A stretch of 64,000 nt of DNA from Eledone cirrhosa (taxonomy: Eukaryota): assembly GCA_964016885.1 (NCBI GenBank), contig OZ024750.1, positions 52,266,001 through 52,330,000 of the forward strand, written 5' to 3'. The notes under the pieces were generated by a model that saw only the letters and a list, made by a program, of their open reading frames with translations, was not told where the DNA came from and ran no database searches. Shown here one piece after another: positions 11,771-25,460 of the stretch. Position numbers and translations under genes: made by a program. Position 1 is the first letter of the stretch. Each line of letters starts with the position of its first letter.

Positions 11771-12884
11771 TTCTGCATGCTACGGAGTACACCAAGTTTA
11801 TTTTATCGTGGTACTAACACTAGGTAAATGGTCATGTATTTGACACAACTGAAGAGTCTTAACCTTTTCTTTGGTAAGTTTTCTGCAAGTGGATGCCCTT
11901 CCTATCACCAACCACTTTACAAAGTATACTGGGTGTTTTTTATTATGGCACCAACACTAGAAAGGTAGTTGATACCTTGATGCAACTGAAGTTTCTCTCA
12001 AACTTGACATAATTTCTACAGCTGGATGCCTTTCCTATCAACAACCACCTTAAAGGCTCTCCTGGGTTTGTTTTCATTTTATTCCTATCACTAGCTATAA
12101 TACTCTTGATAAAGGCATGAACGCCACAAGTTCCTATATGAAGTTTCAATTGAATGACACTGAAATTGACTACTTTGGGTGGTAGATTTAACTCTTTGTT
12201 GCCTTATTTCATGAAAATTACTGCCTATAGTTTCCAAATCATTTTAAAAATAATCGAGTAGTGTAGGCACATGGCCTAGTGGTAAGGGTGTTGAACTTAA
12301 CCATAATGTGGTTATTCTAGTACCGTGATGTAAAATCACCCAGTTCACTCTGTAAAGTGGTAGTGGTGGTGTCACCAAAAAAATTCTTAGTCCATGCTGT
12401 AATGTGGTTGGCATTAGGAAAGGCATCAGTTGTAGAAGCCCAAAACAGATCTGTATGAACTAGACATGGTTACCTGATGTAGTTACCAGCTAACCTATGT
12501 AAGCATGAACAATGGCTGTTAAATGGTGCTAATGATGATGCTTGCCCTTTTCCTCTCTCACACCCTCATCAATCACTCCAACTATGTTTAATTCCCTCAC
12601 ATCAACTTTATATAAAATTCTTTTACCCAAATGTTCTCCAGAGCCACAAAACTCTCATCCATCACTCCCAACTGTCTTTTGTCATTTCACATCACACCAA
12701 CTTTATATAAGATTCTTTTGCCCAAATCTTTTCTTCCCCAGAATCACACAGAGAAGCAGGTGTCTGTCCCTCCCCTCTCTGTGTTCCAATAACACAGACC
12801 TTATAAAATGCTACTGCCACCCTCCATGTATCTCTCCACCCTTCACTCCCTCAGTCTTGCCATCAATCATACCAACTTTGTCAC

Positions 12885-13070
12885 CTGGTGTCCACTCACC
12901 TTTACCCAATCAGCTGGAATGGCTCTTCCAACACATCTTCCTCGCTATCCTCCAACGAAATGTCTTCTCTATTCTGTCTGTTCGGGCCAGCCAGCAAGCA
13001 GAGCAGCCAGCCCCACTCCAACTCCACACACTTATAATAGTGAGATACAGAGGTAGTGACTATACCCCCA
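12885..13070 (+). mobile_element. Possible CRE-clade non-LTR retrotransposon C-terminal fragment
   Basis: QLEWLFQHIFLAILQRNVFSILS resembles the CRE C-terminal motif (L/F)QR(I/L)SLAIQRGNA.SIL, recalled from memory. Confidence 0.45.
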
Positions 13071-13149
13071 TAATTATATATATATAATAATAATAATAAT
13101 ACTATTTATAGTTATGTATATAGTATAAACAACTATAAACAGGAAGGTC

Positions 13150-13980
13150 AGTAATTTCTTAATTACCTTATTACCAGTAAGAGAAATAGCTCAATGTATG
13201 GACATCAGTTCGTTTTACAGAGCAGGAAAATAAATAAATTATACAGTTATCAAAGTTGTGTTCAAATCATTTAATAGCTGACAATTGTTTCTTCCAAACT
13301 CTTGTTTGGAGTCATCGGAGCATTATCAATGTTTGCACATATAATTACCCTCCTATTCAACTGAACAATAATATAGATACATATAAATTGATGTTGTGAG
13401 CAACGGTTTCATATTTACAGGGTGGAATGGATGTGACATTTTACGAGAATTGTACAATAATTGTACAAACATTCAAGTTAAAATTAAAATTAAATTAAAA
13501 TCAAAATCAAAAGCACGGAGTGGAATACATGCAACAGTTAAAACAAGGGAATAGTCCAAATATTAAAGAGTCATTGAGAAAGCAGTTTTGAGAAAGGAAG
13601 AGTGTGATAACAATTCATATGCAGGCGTGTGGATAGTGTGACTGCGTAAGTCATATACATGAGAAGGAGACAAGCAAAGCTATTATGCATATATAGATGA
13701 ATAAATACTGCAGTTAAAGCAAATATGTTAATGTATTAGAGTCTATGGTGGGTGTTGAATGTTGATGGTGTTCGAATTAATGTGTGTTGAGAAACACAGT
13801 TTTTGCAGACTTTTCCATGACATGTTGAATTAAATTTTAGTTAATGTTTATATTGAATGTTTTAAGTTAGTTAGAGCAATGGATTGTAAATTAGTCTTAA
13901 TGAATTCATATTCATAGACTATATTTGATCAACCGTTAAATTTTCAATCGTTAATATCCGGAAGTGAATAAGGGGAGCTA
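13150..13980 (-). mobile_element. Penelope-like element 3' end / pLTR remnant
   Basis: Minus-strand EYEFIKT-like end of a GIY-YIG ORF, pyrimidine-rich UTR and TTTTAA repeats as in the 5100-5750 PLE, ending in a clear HHR. Confidence 0.55.
13277..13321 (-). ncRNA. Minimal type I hammerhead ribozyme motif, CCGAUGA (U4C) core
   Basis: Minus strand: GCU-CCGAUGA-c.UCCAAAC(aaga)GUUUGGA.a-GAAA-C(AAUU)G-UC-AGC; GUC cleavage triplet, palindromic helix III loop. Confidence 0.8.
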
Positions 13981-14397
13981 TATGCTCCCGAAATTTACCC
14001 CATCCCCTCTTCTTACTCCTGTACTTCATACTTTCACTACAACCACCACCATAATTACATCCCCTACATATAATAGACAGAAGCTATGTACATTAACACT
14101 CAGATTTTAAATATCACATATATCACTTATAGAAGAAAAATCTTAGTTTATATGCATCAGTAAGGCTGCAATCTAATGACTGAACCATATATATATGTCA
14201 CCATTTAATTATTTAATGTCTGTTTTCCTTGCTAGTAAGGGCTGGACATGTCGCAGAATGCTCTCTACTTAAACAGAGCCTTTGACCTCATTGTGGAAGG
14301 GTGGGCAACATATAATCCTGTCATGCGCATTTTATGTGCTAAATCCACTAAACATAGACTGAATAGGGGACTTAAATACAATGTATATAGTCAAAAT

Positions 14398-14581
14398 AAT
14401 TGTTTCTACTTTTGGCACAAGGCCAGCAATTACTAGTACATTACTGGTACTTTATTTTATTGCCTCCATATGGCTGAAAGGCAAAGTTAACCTCGGCGGG
14501 ATTTGAACTCGGATTGTAAAGGGACGTAACTATGCTGCAAAGCATGGTGTCCGACCCTCTACCGATACTGCCAATCCACCA
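14398..14581 (-). mobile_element. tRNA-derived SINE, family A
   Basis: Reverse complement of the 907-1098 type. Confidence 0.85.
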
Positions 14582-14717
14582 AGCTAATAATGGTGACTGT
14601 TTACTAAGAAGTTTCAACATTATTGCTGTATCGAAATATCACCAAAAGTCAACACTATAACTCATTATTAAAGTGTTGTAGTTTGCTTAAAGCATTGTGG
14701 AATAAAAACCACCTTAG

Positions 14718-14889
14718 ATATAACTAGGAAATACGTTTATTTGGAAGCCTGACGTGTGAGATTTATAAGTGCCAATGTAATAAGAAGTAGAGAAAATAGG
14801 ACAAAAGAATGAGAATGGTAGAATTTTACCATAGCACGTATAATCTCACATGCTTTGTCAGGTTTCCAAATAATTAAACTTAGTTATAT
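14718..14889. mobile_element. Degenerate MITE-like element
   Basis: Imperfect TIRs ATATAACTA..TATTTGGAAGCCTGAC..GTGAGATT / AATCTCAC..GTCAGGTTTCCAAATA..TAGTTATAT. Confidence 0.5.
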
Positions 14890-15224
14890 TTGTATTTTTA
14901 TCATTATTGTTATTATATTGGTAGTATCGATAGTGCATCAGACGCCAAGCTCAGCAGCATAGTTACAACCCTTTACGTTCTCTGTTCGAATCCCACTAAG
15001 GTTAGCTTTGCCTTTCATCCTTATGGGGTTGATAAAATAAGTACCCATCACACACTGGGGTCGATTTACACCCTAATGTATGTTTATGTATACACTCACG
15101 CCATCTTTCTGTTTACACAAGTGTTAAGGCTTGTAAAATAGGTACTTTTAGTATATAATAGTAATTATTTAAAGAAAAACCTAGAAAAAATGGTATATAT
15201 GTATTTATGTATGTGTGTATATGG

Positions 15225-15291
<67 letters not shown>

Positions 15292-15685
15292 TACACACAC
15301 GCACACAAACATTCATATTCATATGCACACAGTTTCCTCCAGTCTTTTATTGTTTTTCCTTCAGAAGATATTTTAGGTAACTTCCTTTTACCTGTTTTTT
15401 GCTGTTTTCACCAGCAGTTCTTTACTTTACATGTTACCCTCTTACTACTACAGCTGTTATGGGTGAGGGGGACTTCTTATGGTCAGTCAACATGATGAAA
15501 ATAACCCTCCCTCCTCTTCCCCTATCTCAAATCACTTACATTTTTTTTAAAAGAAAAAGTGGTGGGAGCATATGGATAGCAGAGTCTGAGATAAACTAAT
15601 TGGGGGTGGTCGTGATTAGAATGCATTGGATCATAGGTCTGCTCAGAGAGGGCCTAGGGTTAAATAACACCTGTTGTTGTTGCTG

Positions 15686-15790
15686 TTACTACTACTACTA
15701 CCACCACCATTACTACTACTACCACCACCATTACTACTACTACTACTACCACCACCACCATTACTACTACTACCACTGCAGCTACTACTG
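15686..15790. repeat. Compound (TAC)n/(CAC)n microsatellite
   Basis: Direct inspection. Confidence 0.9.
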
Positions 15791-16705
15791 TGCAGCACAA
15801 TGTAGATTATTTTTCTTGAAACAATTTTTTGAAATATTTTAGTGATTTTTGTCTTTTTTATTTTTATGGTGTTGATATTTTTGTTTCCTGTGTGTTAAGT
15901 ATTAGTTATTGTAGTACAGATGTCAATTTTAAACTGAGACCACCCACAAACTATGACACCCAGCAAGTTTTATATAGTTATGTAGCAGTAACAAGTATTA
16001 ACCCCTTTCATGCCAAACCAGCCCTGCATTTATTGTACAAATCTGTTTATTTTAAAGCAGATGTGGCCAAACTGTAGCTTGTTTCGCTTTCTGAATGGCA
16101 CACCTAATGAAACCTTTAATTCTTTAGTGTAGCCCAACATATGATCAACTGTATCTCATGTCCCACCACTCAAAAGAAGTTGCCCATGTCTGTTTTAAAG
16201 TGTTCATCTGAAAACCTTCTAATATCATAATTGTAAGGAACTTCATGTTCCAAGTAAATAATAGGAAAGTTAGTTACATTACTAAATCTCTCTAATTTCT
16301 TATTTTCAAAATGACTTGAAAATCATAGACTGTGGTTTTCATTAGAAATATATTAATGAAATGGTTAAAGCCATTTTTTCCTGCTCAGCAGAGTTAACCT
16401 TTCATGCTCCATAAAAGGCTTTGTGTTCTAGGGTCCTTTTTAAACCAATGTTTTATATTTAGCATTATAATTAATTTATTTTCAGAGTTGTAAATGTTGG
16501 TAGAAGAACCAGCTATTTTAGCCATTTTACTGTTTTGATACCATATTTCTAATAAAAAAACATTGAAAATAATTAAGAATTTGGAAGGATTTAGTCATAT
16601 AGCTGACTTTTTCATTATTAAACTTGTATTTGGAGCATAACAAGAAAGGATCTTACATAAAGTTCTGATAGAAGGTTTGTAGATAAATAAATGTAAACAC
16701 TTTAA

Positions 16706-17817
16706 CCCTTTAGCATTCGCATTAATTTTCAAATGTCCTGCTTATCTGTTCGCATTATTTTGAGTTAATCATTACGGGGTCGATAAAATAAAGTACCAGT
16801 AATGTAGTGGGTATTTGCTGGCCTTGGGCCAAAAAAGTAGAAACAATTATTTTGAGTTAATCATACTCAAGAGGGTTATCAATTTTATTTGTTTGTAATT
16901 TTCTTAATTTTCTATGTGCAGGCTTGAAATTTTGTCAGATGTTTAAATATCAATAATTTACAATTATATAATTTTACCTGATTTCTTTTGTCAAATTTGA
17001 CTTTTATGGGCAGGTGAAATTAATTAATAGGGGCATTTGAAGTATCAACCATGTGCAAATACTGGTTTAATTTTAAATACGTTGTTTTCGGCATAATACT
17101 TGATATATAAGGATCAGTAAACCTTATATCAGTGCTCCAGTAATTCCAGTGTCTTGGAAATTGTTTTATACCGAACATAATATTTACGGTAAAAAATGCT
17201 TGCATTTCCACAGCATCTGTCAGTCGCCAAAGAGATCGGGTTTTCCTTGATTTGAAATCTGTTGTTGAGCATATCGATTAATCTCTTCTGCCACAACTTC
17301 GAAATTTGTGGTAAAAACAAAGAAATAATCCAGTGCTTTAGCATCGGGAGCTAATATGTGTTGTGGACCAGTATTTTGAATAAAATCGGGAACAAATATT
17401 GGTGTGGTATTTTTCAACCATGTTGCTGTAATATTTTCAATGGTGCCCTGGAGATCTCCTTCGTTTTCACTTTCAAAACAACAATCATCGTCGGATGAAA
17501 TTTCAGAAATGTAAACATCTGATTCATTTGAAGATAAATCACTAATATTATCTTTTGTTCATTCTGAATGTCGTCGTGTGTAAAACCTTCAAAGTCGGTA
17601 TCGCTACTTTCACAAGCCATGTTGATACACAAAAAATCTGTTCTACTTTCAACGTTAAAAAACACGTATTTTAAGTTGTTTCACTATTTTAAGTGTTAAT
17701 TTTCGTGGTAAGGGCCTAATCTCGAATTGACGAGATTTTGATGGTTTGTTTATTTTTAGAACAATATTTTAGTGTGGGTGTTATTGGCCTGTTTCGGGCG
17801 GTTTGAACACTAAAGGG
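16706..17817 (-). mobile_element. Non-autonomous piggyBac deletion derivative, copy 1
   Basis: TTAA TSDs at 16702-16705 and 17818-17821; TIRs CCCTTTAGCATTC/CCCTTTAGTGTTC; N-terminal transposase remnants SSDTDFEGF, KALDYFF..EEINRYA, YWSTD..IMPK..YLH. Confidence 0.92.
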
Positions 17818-18144
17818 TTAAAGCAGTATTCTAGAACCAGGATGACTTCATGTGGTTTAGTATCGCAAGGAACCACATTAGCAAGACATTCTTAAAACAA
17901 CACTACGACTACATCACATGAAAAATTAAAGCCTTTACTCTAATACTGAATATTTTCACAATGATTTCACTACTAAAGATTCTATAATGTTCACTACTAA
18001 AGGTTCTATAAACATTTGAATTAACAAACCTGCTTTTTTTGTAGAGGGGTGACATTTTCTGCTAAATCATTACAGGATGTTAAGAGATAGCTGAGACATA
18101 ACTTAACATATTCCTAGGGAGTTAAACAAACACACACTCTATTA

Positions 18145-18201
<57 letters not shown>

Positions 18202-18214
18202 GACGACCCCCCCC

Positions 18215-18530
18215 CCCTACAGGAACAAGCCGAATCTGAAGCATATAGACAATATGCCCCACACTCTCCCACTGCAAAGTGGTCGTGGAGGTGCCACGGC
18301 AAAAAAGCACCCAGCCCACACTGTAAAGTGGACGTGTAGGCGCCACGGAAAAAAGCACCCAACACTCACTGTAAATGAGGTTGGTGTTAGGAAGGGCATC
18401 CAGCTGTAGAAATCAAGCCAAATCAGTTCCTGTATGAGCAAGGCATGGTCAGCCGACTGGACACTGCCCACAACAGGACAACCTGTCTAACCTATGCTAG
18501 CGTGGAAGAACGGGCGTACAACGATGATGA
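18215..18530 (+). mobile_element. RTE 3' UTR/tail fragment
   Basis: Same modules as 5822-6150; (GAT)n tail. Confidence 0.8.
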
Positions 18531-20569
18531 TATATATGATGTAATATAAAGTAGTTTCTTCAATACTAAGAGCATATACATGTCAATGTTTCTCATCACA
18601 CCTCTGTTACCTGGTCACTGCTACTGGTTAGGTCCATTGTAGTAGAATTGTGTCAGTGACCAGGTTCCAGTAGAATTGTGTCAATGACCAACTCTCACAG
18701 GTGTGGTGAGAAAATATTTGAAAGGTGGATATAACAAACTGTTTTCTGTGTGTATGTTTGTGTTTTATTTTTACCTTTCTGATATGACCTGAAATCACCT
18801 GAAACTGGCCATTTTATCTAAAAACCTTCTGTCGTAATTTTATGTTATATTCCAACCTTTAAATTGTTCCAAACACCAGCTTAAAAATCTCAACATATTT
18901 TTGATTTGAAAATCATAAGCAGTGTATTTCATTAGAAATATGGTAATAAAAGGATTAAGTGGCTAAATTAGCTCTACCATGATGTAATTGTTAATTTAGT
19001 ATCTCCTGACAAGTCTTTCTTCTCTAAGTCTTGAAGAAACTACTTTATATTCCCAGTAACAATGAATGAAATTGAATCCAATGAGGGTTAGCATCAGGAG
19101 GGGCAGCATATAGCCATAGAATTATTATTATAATTGGCAGAATTACAAAAACATCAGACAAAATGTATAGTAAAGGGTTCTGATTTATTTTACTTGTTGA
19201 GTTCAAATCTTATTGAAGTCAACTTTGCTTTTCTGACTTCCGGTGTTAATAAAATAAGGTACCAGTCAAATACTGGGGATCGATATAACTGACTGCCTCT
19301 TTCACCAAATTGTGCCTGTGTAAGAAGTTGTTACTGTTATTGAAGTTAGTATTCAAGGAAGTAGTGGAAAACCAAGAAAGACACAGCTAAAGATAATGGA
19401 GGAAATGAAAGTTGGTTGAGGGGGAGGTACAGCTGATAGGGAAAAAGGCAGAAACTTATTATGGGGCCATGAGAACAGTTTGTTGTTGTTGGTATCAATT
19501 TTAATTGTAGTATCATATTCTGTTGATGTTGGATAAGCGTCCCTTCTGTATTTCCTATTTCAGTTTCTAAAGCCCCCTCAATTAAAAAAGGGAAGGACTG
19601 TAATATAAAGAGACCCTTTCATTAAAATGTCCACCCTTTAAATTTATTTTATTTTTAATTCTTTCAGCTATAAAATTTAGCTTTCCTTTCCCTTAACCAT
19701 TTTCAGTCTTGGTGTGGGTTACACAGGCCTCCCTGCACACATTGTTACACATACCACTTTAAATCACTTAATACATTGTTGGGTGTGGCAGTTTTATTAT
19801 TTATTGAAGATATGTGTAAACTTGTCTTGTACATCACCTTTATTTCCTTCTTCCAGTCACTTCTATGTGCCAACACACTTCTTGTCTTCCTCTTTCAATG
19901 TTTTCTATATTTCATTTGCTTGTCACCCACCTTGTGGATTGTCTCTCTGTTGACCACTGGTTGCTGGTCTCTGGGGGATTTCTACCCATTGCTGTCTTTG
20001 ACACCATTTAGCTGATCTAGCAATAAATTTTCTCATTTTTATATATATTTATTTTTGTATTTCTGGTTTAAGTGGAATTGTAGCAGCTTTTATTTCCTTT
20101 CCAAAGTACCAATTATTCTGTTTGATAAGTTATGTATAAGTATAGGTGTATGCTGTAGAGTGTAAAGTAATGCCTGATGTAGAATAAACTTCCTTTCTGG
20201 GATTGGAGATATGAGGATTTGTTGGTTTGGTGTGGGTTAAATAAGATTTGGAGGTTAAATGTAATCTGAGTGGTGTTTTTACAGATAGATATATATTCAT
20301 GTTTAAGCTGCAGCTATTTCCATGAAAAACACCAACATGTGATATATGGTGGCATGTAGCCTTATGGTTAGGGTGCTCACAATCATAATGCAGTTGTGGG
20401 TTCAATTCCTGGACCGGGGACATATTTTCTCAAGCAAAATGCTTCATTTAAAAGTGCTCCAGTTCACTCAGATGAATAAAATGAGCAACAGTAGCTGAAG
20501 GTTAAGTCTAATAGATTGCTTAACACCAATGAAGCTGAGGTAAGCTTCACTCTGGTGACTCTATATAAT

Positions 20570-21260
20570 CAACATCACCGTTTAACTTTCATTTTTCCAC
20601 ATTGACCTGGGTTAGACGAGTTGTCATTGTGAGAAATGCTGTGTCAGGTGACCATGTCTTGCTCATACAGAACTAATTTTGGCTTGGTTTCTACAGCTGG
20701 ATGCCCTTCCTAATGCCAACCTCATTTACAGTGTGGGCTGGGCACTTTTTGTTGTCGCCATCAAGACCACTTTACAGTGTGGGCTGGAGGCTCCACTAGA
20801 TGTATGCTTCAGCTTGTCCTCATTGGAGATGTATGAAGGTGGGGGGGGTGAAGGTGTGGATGGTGTATACTAAGTATATGCTGCAGCTTCAGCCTGTTCC
20901 CATGGGAAGGTGGGTCTTCTGTATTACTTCATAATGCCCGAGATCTGGATTTTTGAGGGGTGCAATTGCACATGGTCAGCTTCTATCACCTCATCCTAGG
21001 TCTTCCTGGGTCCCCCCCACTCCAAGACTTCCATCGACTTTGAGCGTCCTGCACCTTTTTTATATAGTTGTCATCCTTCATTCACATCACATGTTGATAC
21101 CAATGCAATCTCCTCTCCTACACACTGCATCTGATTCCTCTTATGCCTAGTTTCTCTCTGTTCATTTATGCTTTGCCATCCACATATATTAACTATTACA
21201 CATCCATCAGAGCATGCAAGCTTCATTTCTTTCCAATCTTCACACAGCCTTCTGCAGCAA
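20570..21260 (-). mobile_element. Decayed RTE 3' end (ORF C-terminus + UTR)
   Basis: Minus-strand GVGGPRKT*DEVI near 21000; RTE tail motif CTACAGCTGGATGCCCTTCC at ~20690. Confidence 0.6.
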
Positions 21261-21515
21261 GCCCTATGCTGACATCATTTAAATACACATACAAGAAAAA
21301 TTCAATTTAGCCAACTTTTTTTCTCACTCAGTATTGAGGTCAGAATGATTGGCAGTATCTCACCTCTGAGCTTTCTGTGTTCAAATACCAGCTCACTGAG
21401 AAAATGGTGACATGGTAGGACTCCATTGCACCCTCCCCCTTCATACCATCAACACTTTGATGCTTATATTTCTAATGAAATACACTATTTCTATTAATTA
21501 AAAACTTTGAGAGAT

Positions 21516-21834
21516 TCATCATCATTTCCTTTTAAGTCCGCTTTTTCCCTGCTTGCAAGGGTGGGACGGGAACTGATTCTGGCATGATTTCTACAGCTGG
21601 ATGCCCTTCCTAACACCAACCTCATTTACAGTGAGTGCTGGGTGGTTTTTTGCCGTGGCACCTCCACGACCACTTTGCAGTGGAATGATAGGGACCCCAG
21701 TTCCTATCATCTCATTTCTACAGCTGAGTAAACTGGAGCAATGTGAAATAAAGTGTCTTGCTCAAGGAAACAACACATCACCCGGTCTTTCGATTGCCAG
21801 GCCAATGCTCTAACCACTAAGCCATGTGCCTCCA
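21516..21834 (-). mobile_element. tRNA-derived SINE, family B
   Basis: Near-identical to 8184-8513 with a small deletion in the head. Confidence 0.85.
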
Positions 21835-23944
21835 TATATTCACTAAAATTATTATTTCATTACAAAGATATGGTTTTTATATACAATTTTGTTGGACGAT
21901 TTTAATTTACTCCCCCCCCCCATTTTAAAATAGGTGGTTTTGTTTCCTAGTAGCAGAACCAGTGTTGATATGTAAAAGGGTTAAAGTACCCAAGAGGTCA
22001 GCTAAACATACACAGGTGTGAGCAGTAACAACTTCTTTTTCTGTATAGACAGGTTAGTTGTCAACTATTACTGGCTAGTCTCTATCTCTCTTCTATTAAC
22101 TATCTGGTTTTAGTACAATTTATTACTCCTTATGACATGTCTTTAGTTTCTGTCATAAATACCCCTAGAAAATATTTACATTTCTCAGCCACCACCTCTA
22201 TCATTCCCCTCTATTACATCCTTTGTCATTATTCCGCTGACCTCCTTATCTCTGCTTTATTCTCTCACTTTGTGTTAATCTTATTCTAGTTTACAGGCTT
22301 AAACAATGTTTTCTTTATTACAAATGAGCAGCAGAAATGGTTGTGTAGTTAAGTTTACTTCTCAATAATTTGTGGGGGGGACTTCTTTGTGGTTGCCTGT
22401 TCTGCTAGTAATAGCAGTCAAATTCCTTGCTCAAATCACACAAAATGTTTATATTTATCTAAAATCATTCAATTATAATTCTATATGAGAACTTTTGTTA
22501 TGCTCCAAAAGCATAAATTATTTTCCAGAATATTTAAAAATTATAGACAGTTTCTTTCATTCGAAAAATAATGACGGAAGGGTTAAATTTCTTGGGATAA
22601 GGGAAGGAGTGTGTGTAATATTCACATGGGGTAGATGGAGGGTGGCAGAGATCTAGAGTATTAGTAATGTAACTAGAGTTAAATTACTATCAACAGGAAT
22701 TGCAGTAGAGCATACCAGCAGGATTAGTTTTACTCTACAGAGTTTAGTAGACTACTTAACTCTAATAATAATTTCTAACATAGGCACAAAGCCAGAAATG
22801 TTATGTGAAGGAATAGTTGATTATATCAGCTTCAGTACTTGACTGGTGTCTTATTTTATTGGTCCCGGAAAAGAAAGTTAACCTCAGCAAGATTTGAACT
22901 GAGGGCGTAAAGAACAGTAGCAAATACTGCAACCTCTTGCTCTTGCTACTAAGTCAATGATTTGGCCTGCAATTTATGGGAAGGAAAAGATTATTATGTC
23001 AACTACCCATCAGGATAAAAGGTTGACCGTACCAGGATTTGAACTCAGAATGTAAGGAGACATGATTGAATGCCACAAAGCATTGTCTGGTGCTCTAATG
23101 ATTCTGCCAATCCACCACCCTCTACTAACCCTAATTATTGTGTCTGTTTGGCACAAGGTCAGTACTTTATTTTATCGATCCTGTATGGATGAAAGGCAAA
23201 GTTAACTTCTTTGGTATTTGAACTCAGAATATAAAAGGGCCATAACTCTATGCCGCAGCAGGTTGTCTGACTCCACCGCCCTCCATTATCTGGTAGGACA
23301 TAAAAATGGAGGATGATGACAATTCACTAAACTTCTCTCAATGTTTTAATCATTTAAATAGTTTGTTTTAATTGGTAGTTTTTGATTGAATGTTTTAATA
23401 GGCAGTTTGTTTTAATTGGTAGTTTGTTTTGATGGGATATGTTGATCATTAAAATACCTAAGCAGTCTATACCTGTTAGAAATGTAGTCCTGAAAGAGTT
23501 AAAATAAATTTAAAAAATAGGTTACCTCTATAGCAATAAATCTATAATTGTATAACCTAATATTATTAGTTACTATATTACAAAGAAAAGATTGAACTTA
23601 TGAATGGCCACAGCAATTATTCTCAATTTCATTCAAAAAACTTTATCTAAAAAAATTAGGTTGTTTTTGGCACTGCTCCTGTTATCTTCATAATTAACAC
23701 CATGCTGCTAAATTTGGTAAATTCCTCGGTAAACTGGATATGAAAACATGATTCATTATTATGAATGAAATGTTGAAATAAGAGAAGTTATATGTCTGCC
23801 ATGTGTTAAATATGAGTGAGTTGATATTGTGACAAGATCAACAGTCAACATAGTAAATCTTGGCTGGATAAAAAGATATAAAAGATTGCTTTCAAGATAA
23901 TTTCAGCATCAATTTCTTTTAAATATCTCTTTGCTAATTTGTCA

Positions 23945-24515
23945 ATTATTATTATTATTTTCTTGGAGTCTCAGTCATTGATGTTATTTAACAAGAAGGT
24001 TTGTTAAAATAAACATCAAGCTGCTACCTGCAGCCTCAGATGTTCAGGACATATTGGAGGGTTCTTGCTGTTCCCAGCAAGCATACCTTTTGAAGTGTTC
24101 CAAAAAAGGGGGTTGCATTAATGTTCTTTAACCATCCTTGAAAACTCTTTGAGATAGTACCGAGTGCTCCTACGACAATCGGGACGACCTTGATCTCATG
24201 ACAGTCCCAAATTCTTTTTAATTCTCACTTTAAGTCTTGGTATCGGTTAATTTTCTCCTCCTTTTCTTGCACTCTTGTGTCAAAGGGGCAGGCTACATCT
24301 ACAATCAGGCATGATCTTTTTTCCTTGTCAAAAACCACCAGATCAAGTCTATTGTGTTCTAATTGTATCCTGAAATCCCATAGCATCTTCACTCAATTAT
24401 TTTCTGTTTTCTATCGCGACTCAGATTTATGCTCATACCACTTCTCAGAATGTTGTAAACTATTTAGTTTCCATAAATGCCAGTGAATCACCTTTCCTAT
24501 TATATCATGCATTGT
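23945..24515 (-). mobile_element. R4/Dong-like non-LTR retrotransposon 3' fragment (restriction-like endonuclease)
   Basis: HDIIGKVIHW..KWYEH, MLWDFRIQ..HNRLDLVVFDK..CLIVDVACPFD..EKINRYQDL..VVPIVVGALG..LQKVCLLGTAR; (TAA)n tail at ~23945-23960. Confidence 0.8.
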
Positions 24516-24529
24516 TATCTTTACTATAG

Positions 24530-24745
24530 TGTGGTGGATTGGCAGTATCAGTAGAGCACCAGACATGCTTTGTGGCATATAGTTATATCCCTTTACATCT
24601 GATTTCAAATCTCTCCAAGATTAGCTTTGCCTTTTATCCTTATGAGGTCAATAAAATTAAAGTACCAGTAATGTACTGGGGTCGATTTAATTGACTTTTC
24701 TCTACCTTAAAATTGTTAGCCTTGTGCCTAAATCAGAAACCATTA
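24530..24745 (+). mobile_element. tRNA-derived SINE, family A
   Basis: Diverged copy of the 907-1098 type. Confidence 0.75.
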
Positions 24746-25239
24746 TTAAAGTAAATGGTTGAGTCTGCATATTTTTGTAATGAAATATTATCAGTTGATG
24801 GGTCAATCATCTCCGTTTAATGTCTATTTTCCATGCTTACATGGGTTAGATGCATTTCATTAATATACACTCTGCCTTTTTCTTGTGTCTTTTATGAGAG
24901 TCAGCTAAAAGTAAACATCAGGAAGTCAACTAGCTATAAGAACTGCCTTAAAAAGTCTCATCCAACCCATACAGTGGTCGAACTCAGGTCCACGTGGTTG
25001 TGAAGTAAACTTGTTAACCACTTTATAATGCCTGCATCCATATATAAATTTACTTTTAATTGCATTATGCAACACAGAACTGGTCAATAATGAACCAGTT
25101 TGAAGCACTTGGTCTCAAAAGAAGGGAGGTAGGTGTAGAAGCCAAACTTGATGCCTTCAGGTGTTCAGACCTACCTTAACCAATGGTCATAAATCTTGGA
25201 TAATAACTGAAAGAATATCATATTGAATACAAGCAGTTG

Positions 25240-25460
25240 AAATGGGGTTCATTTGAAGTCTTTGAAGTAATGTTAGCAACCAGCAGAATACCGAGAGGTA
25301 GACCAAGAAAGTTGGATAACATCCATAAGCTTGGTTGGTCTTGCTTGGGGATCCAGCCAGATCATATGGAGACAATTGCTTCTGGTGGGACCCTCTGGAA
25401 TACATGTCTCTACCCCAACAACTTTCTCAGGAATATGTGGGTGAAAAAAGAGAGGAACAA
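25240..25460 (+). mobile_element. RTE-clade ORF C-terminal fragment
   Basis: RGRPRKLDNIHKLGWSCLGIQP; homologous to 26710-26940. Confidence 0.65.

Noticed and set aside
15113-15842. Low-complexity ORFs (YIYI, CVCV, HHHYYY), also 33578-34287
   Set aside because: Microsatellite translations
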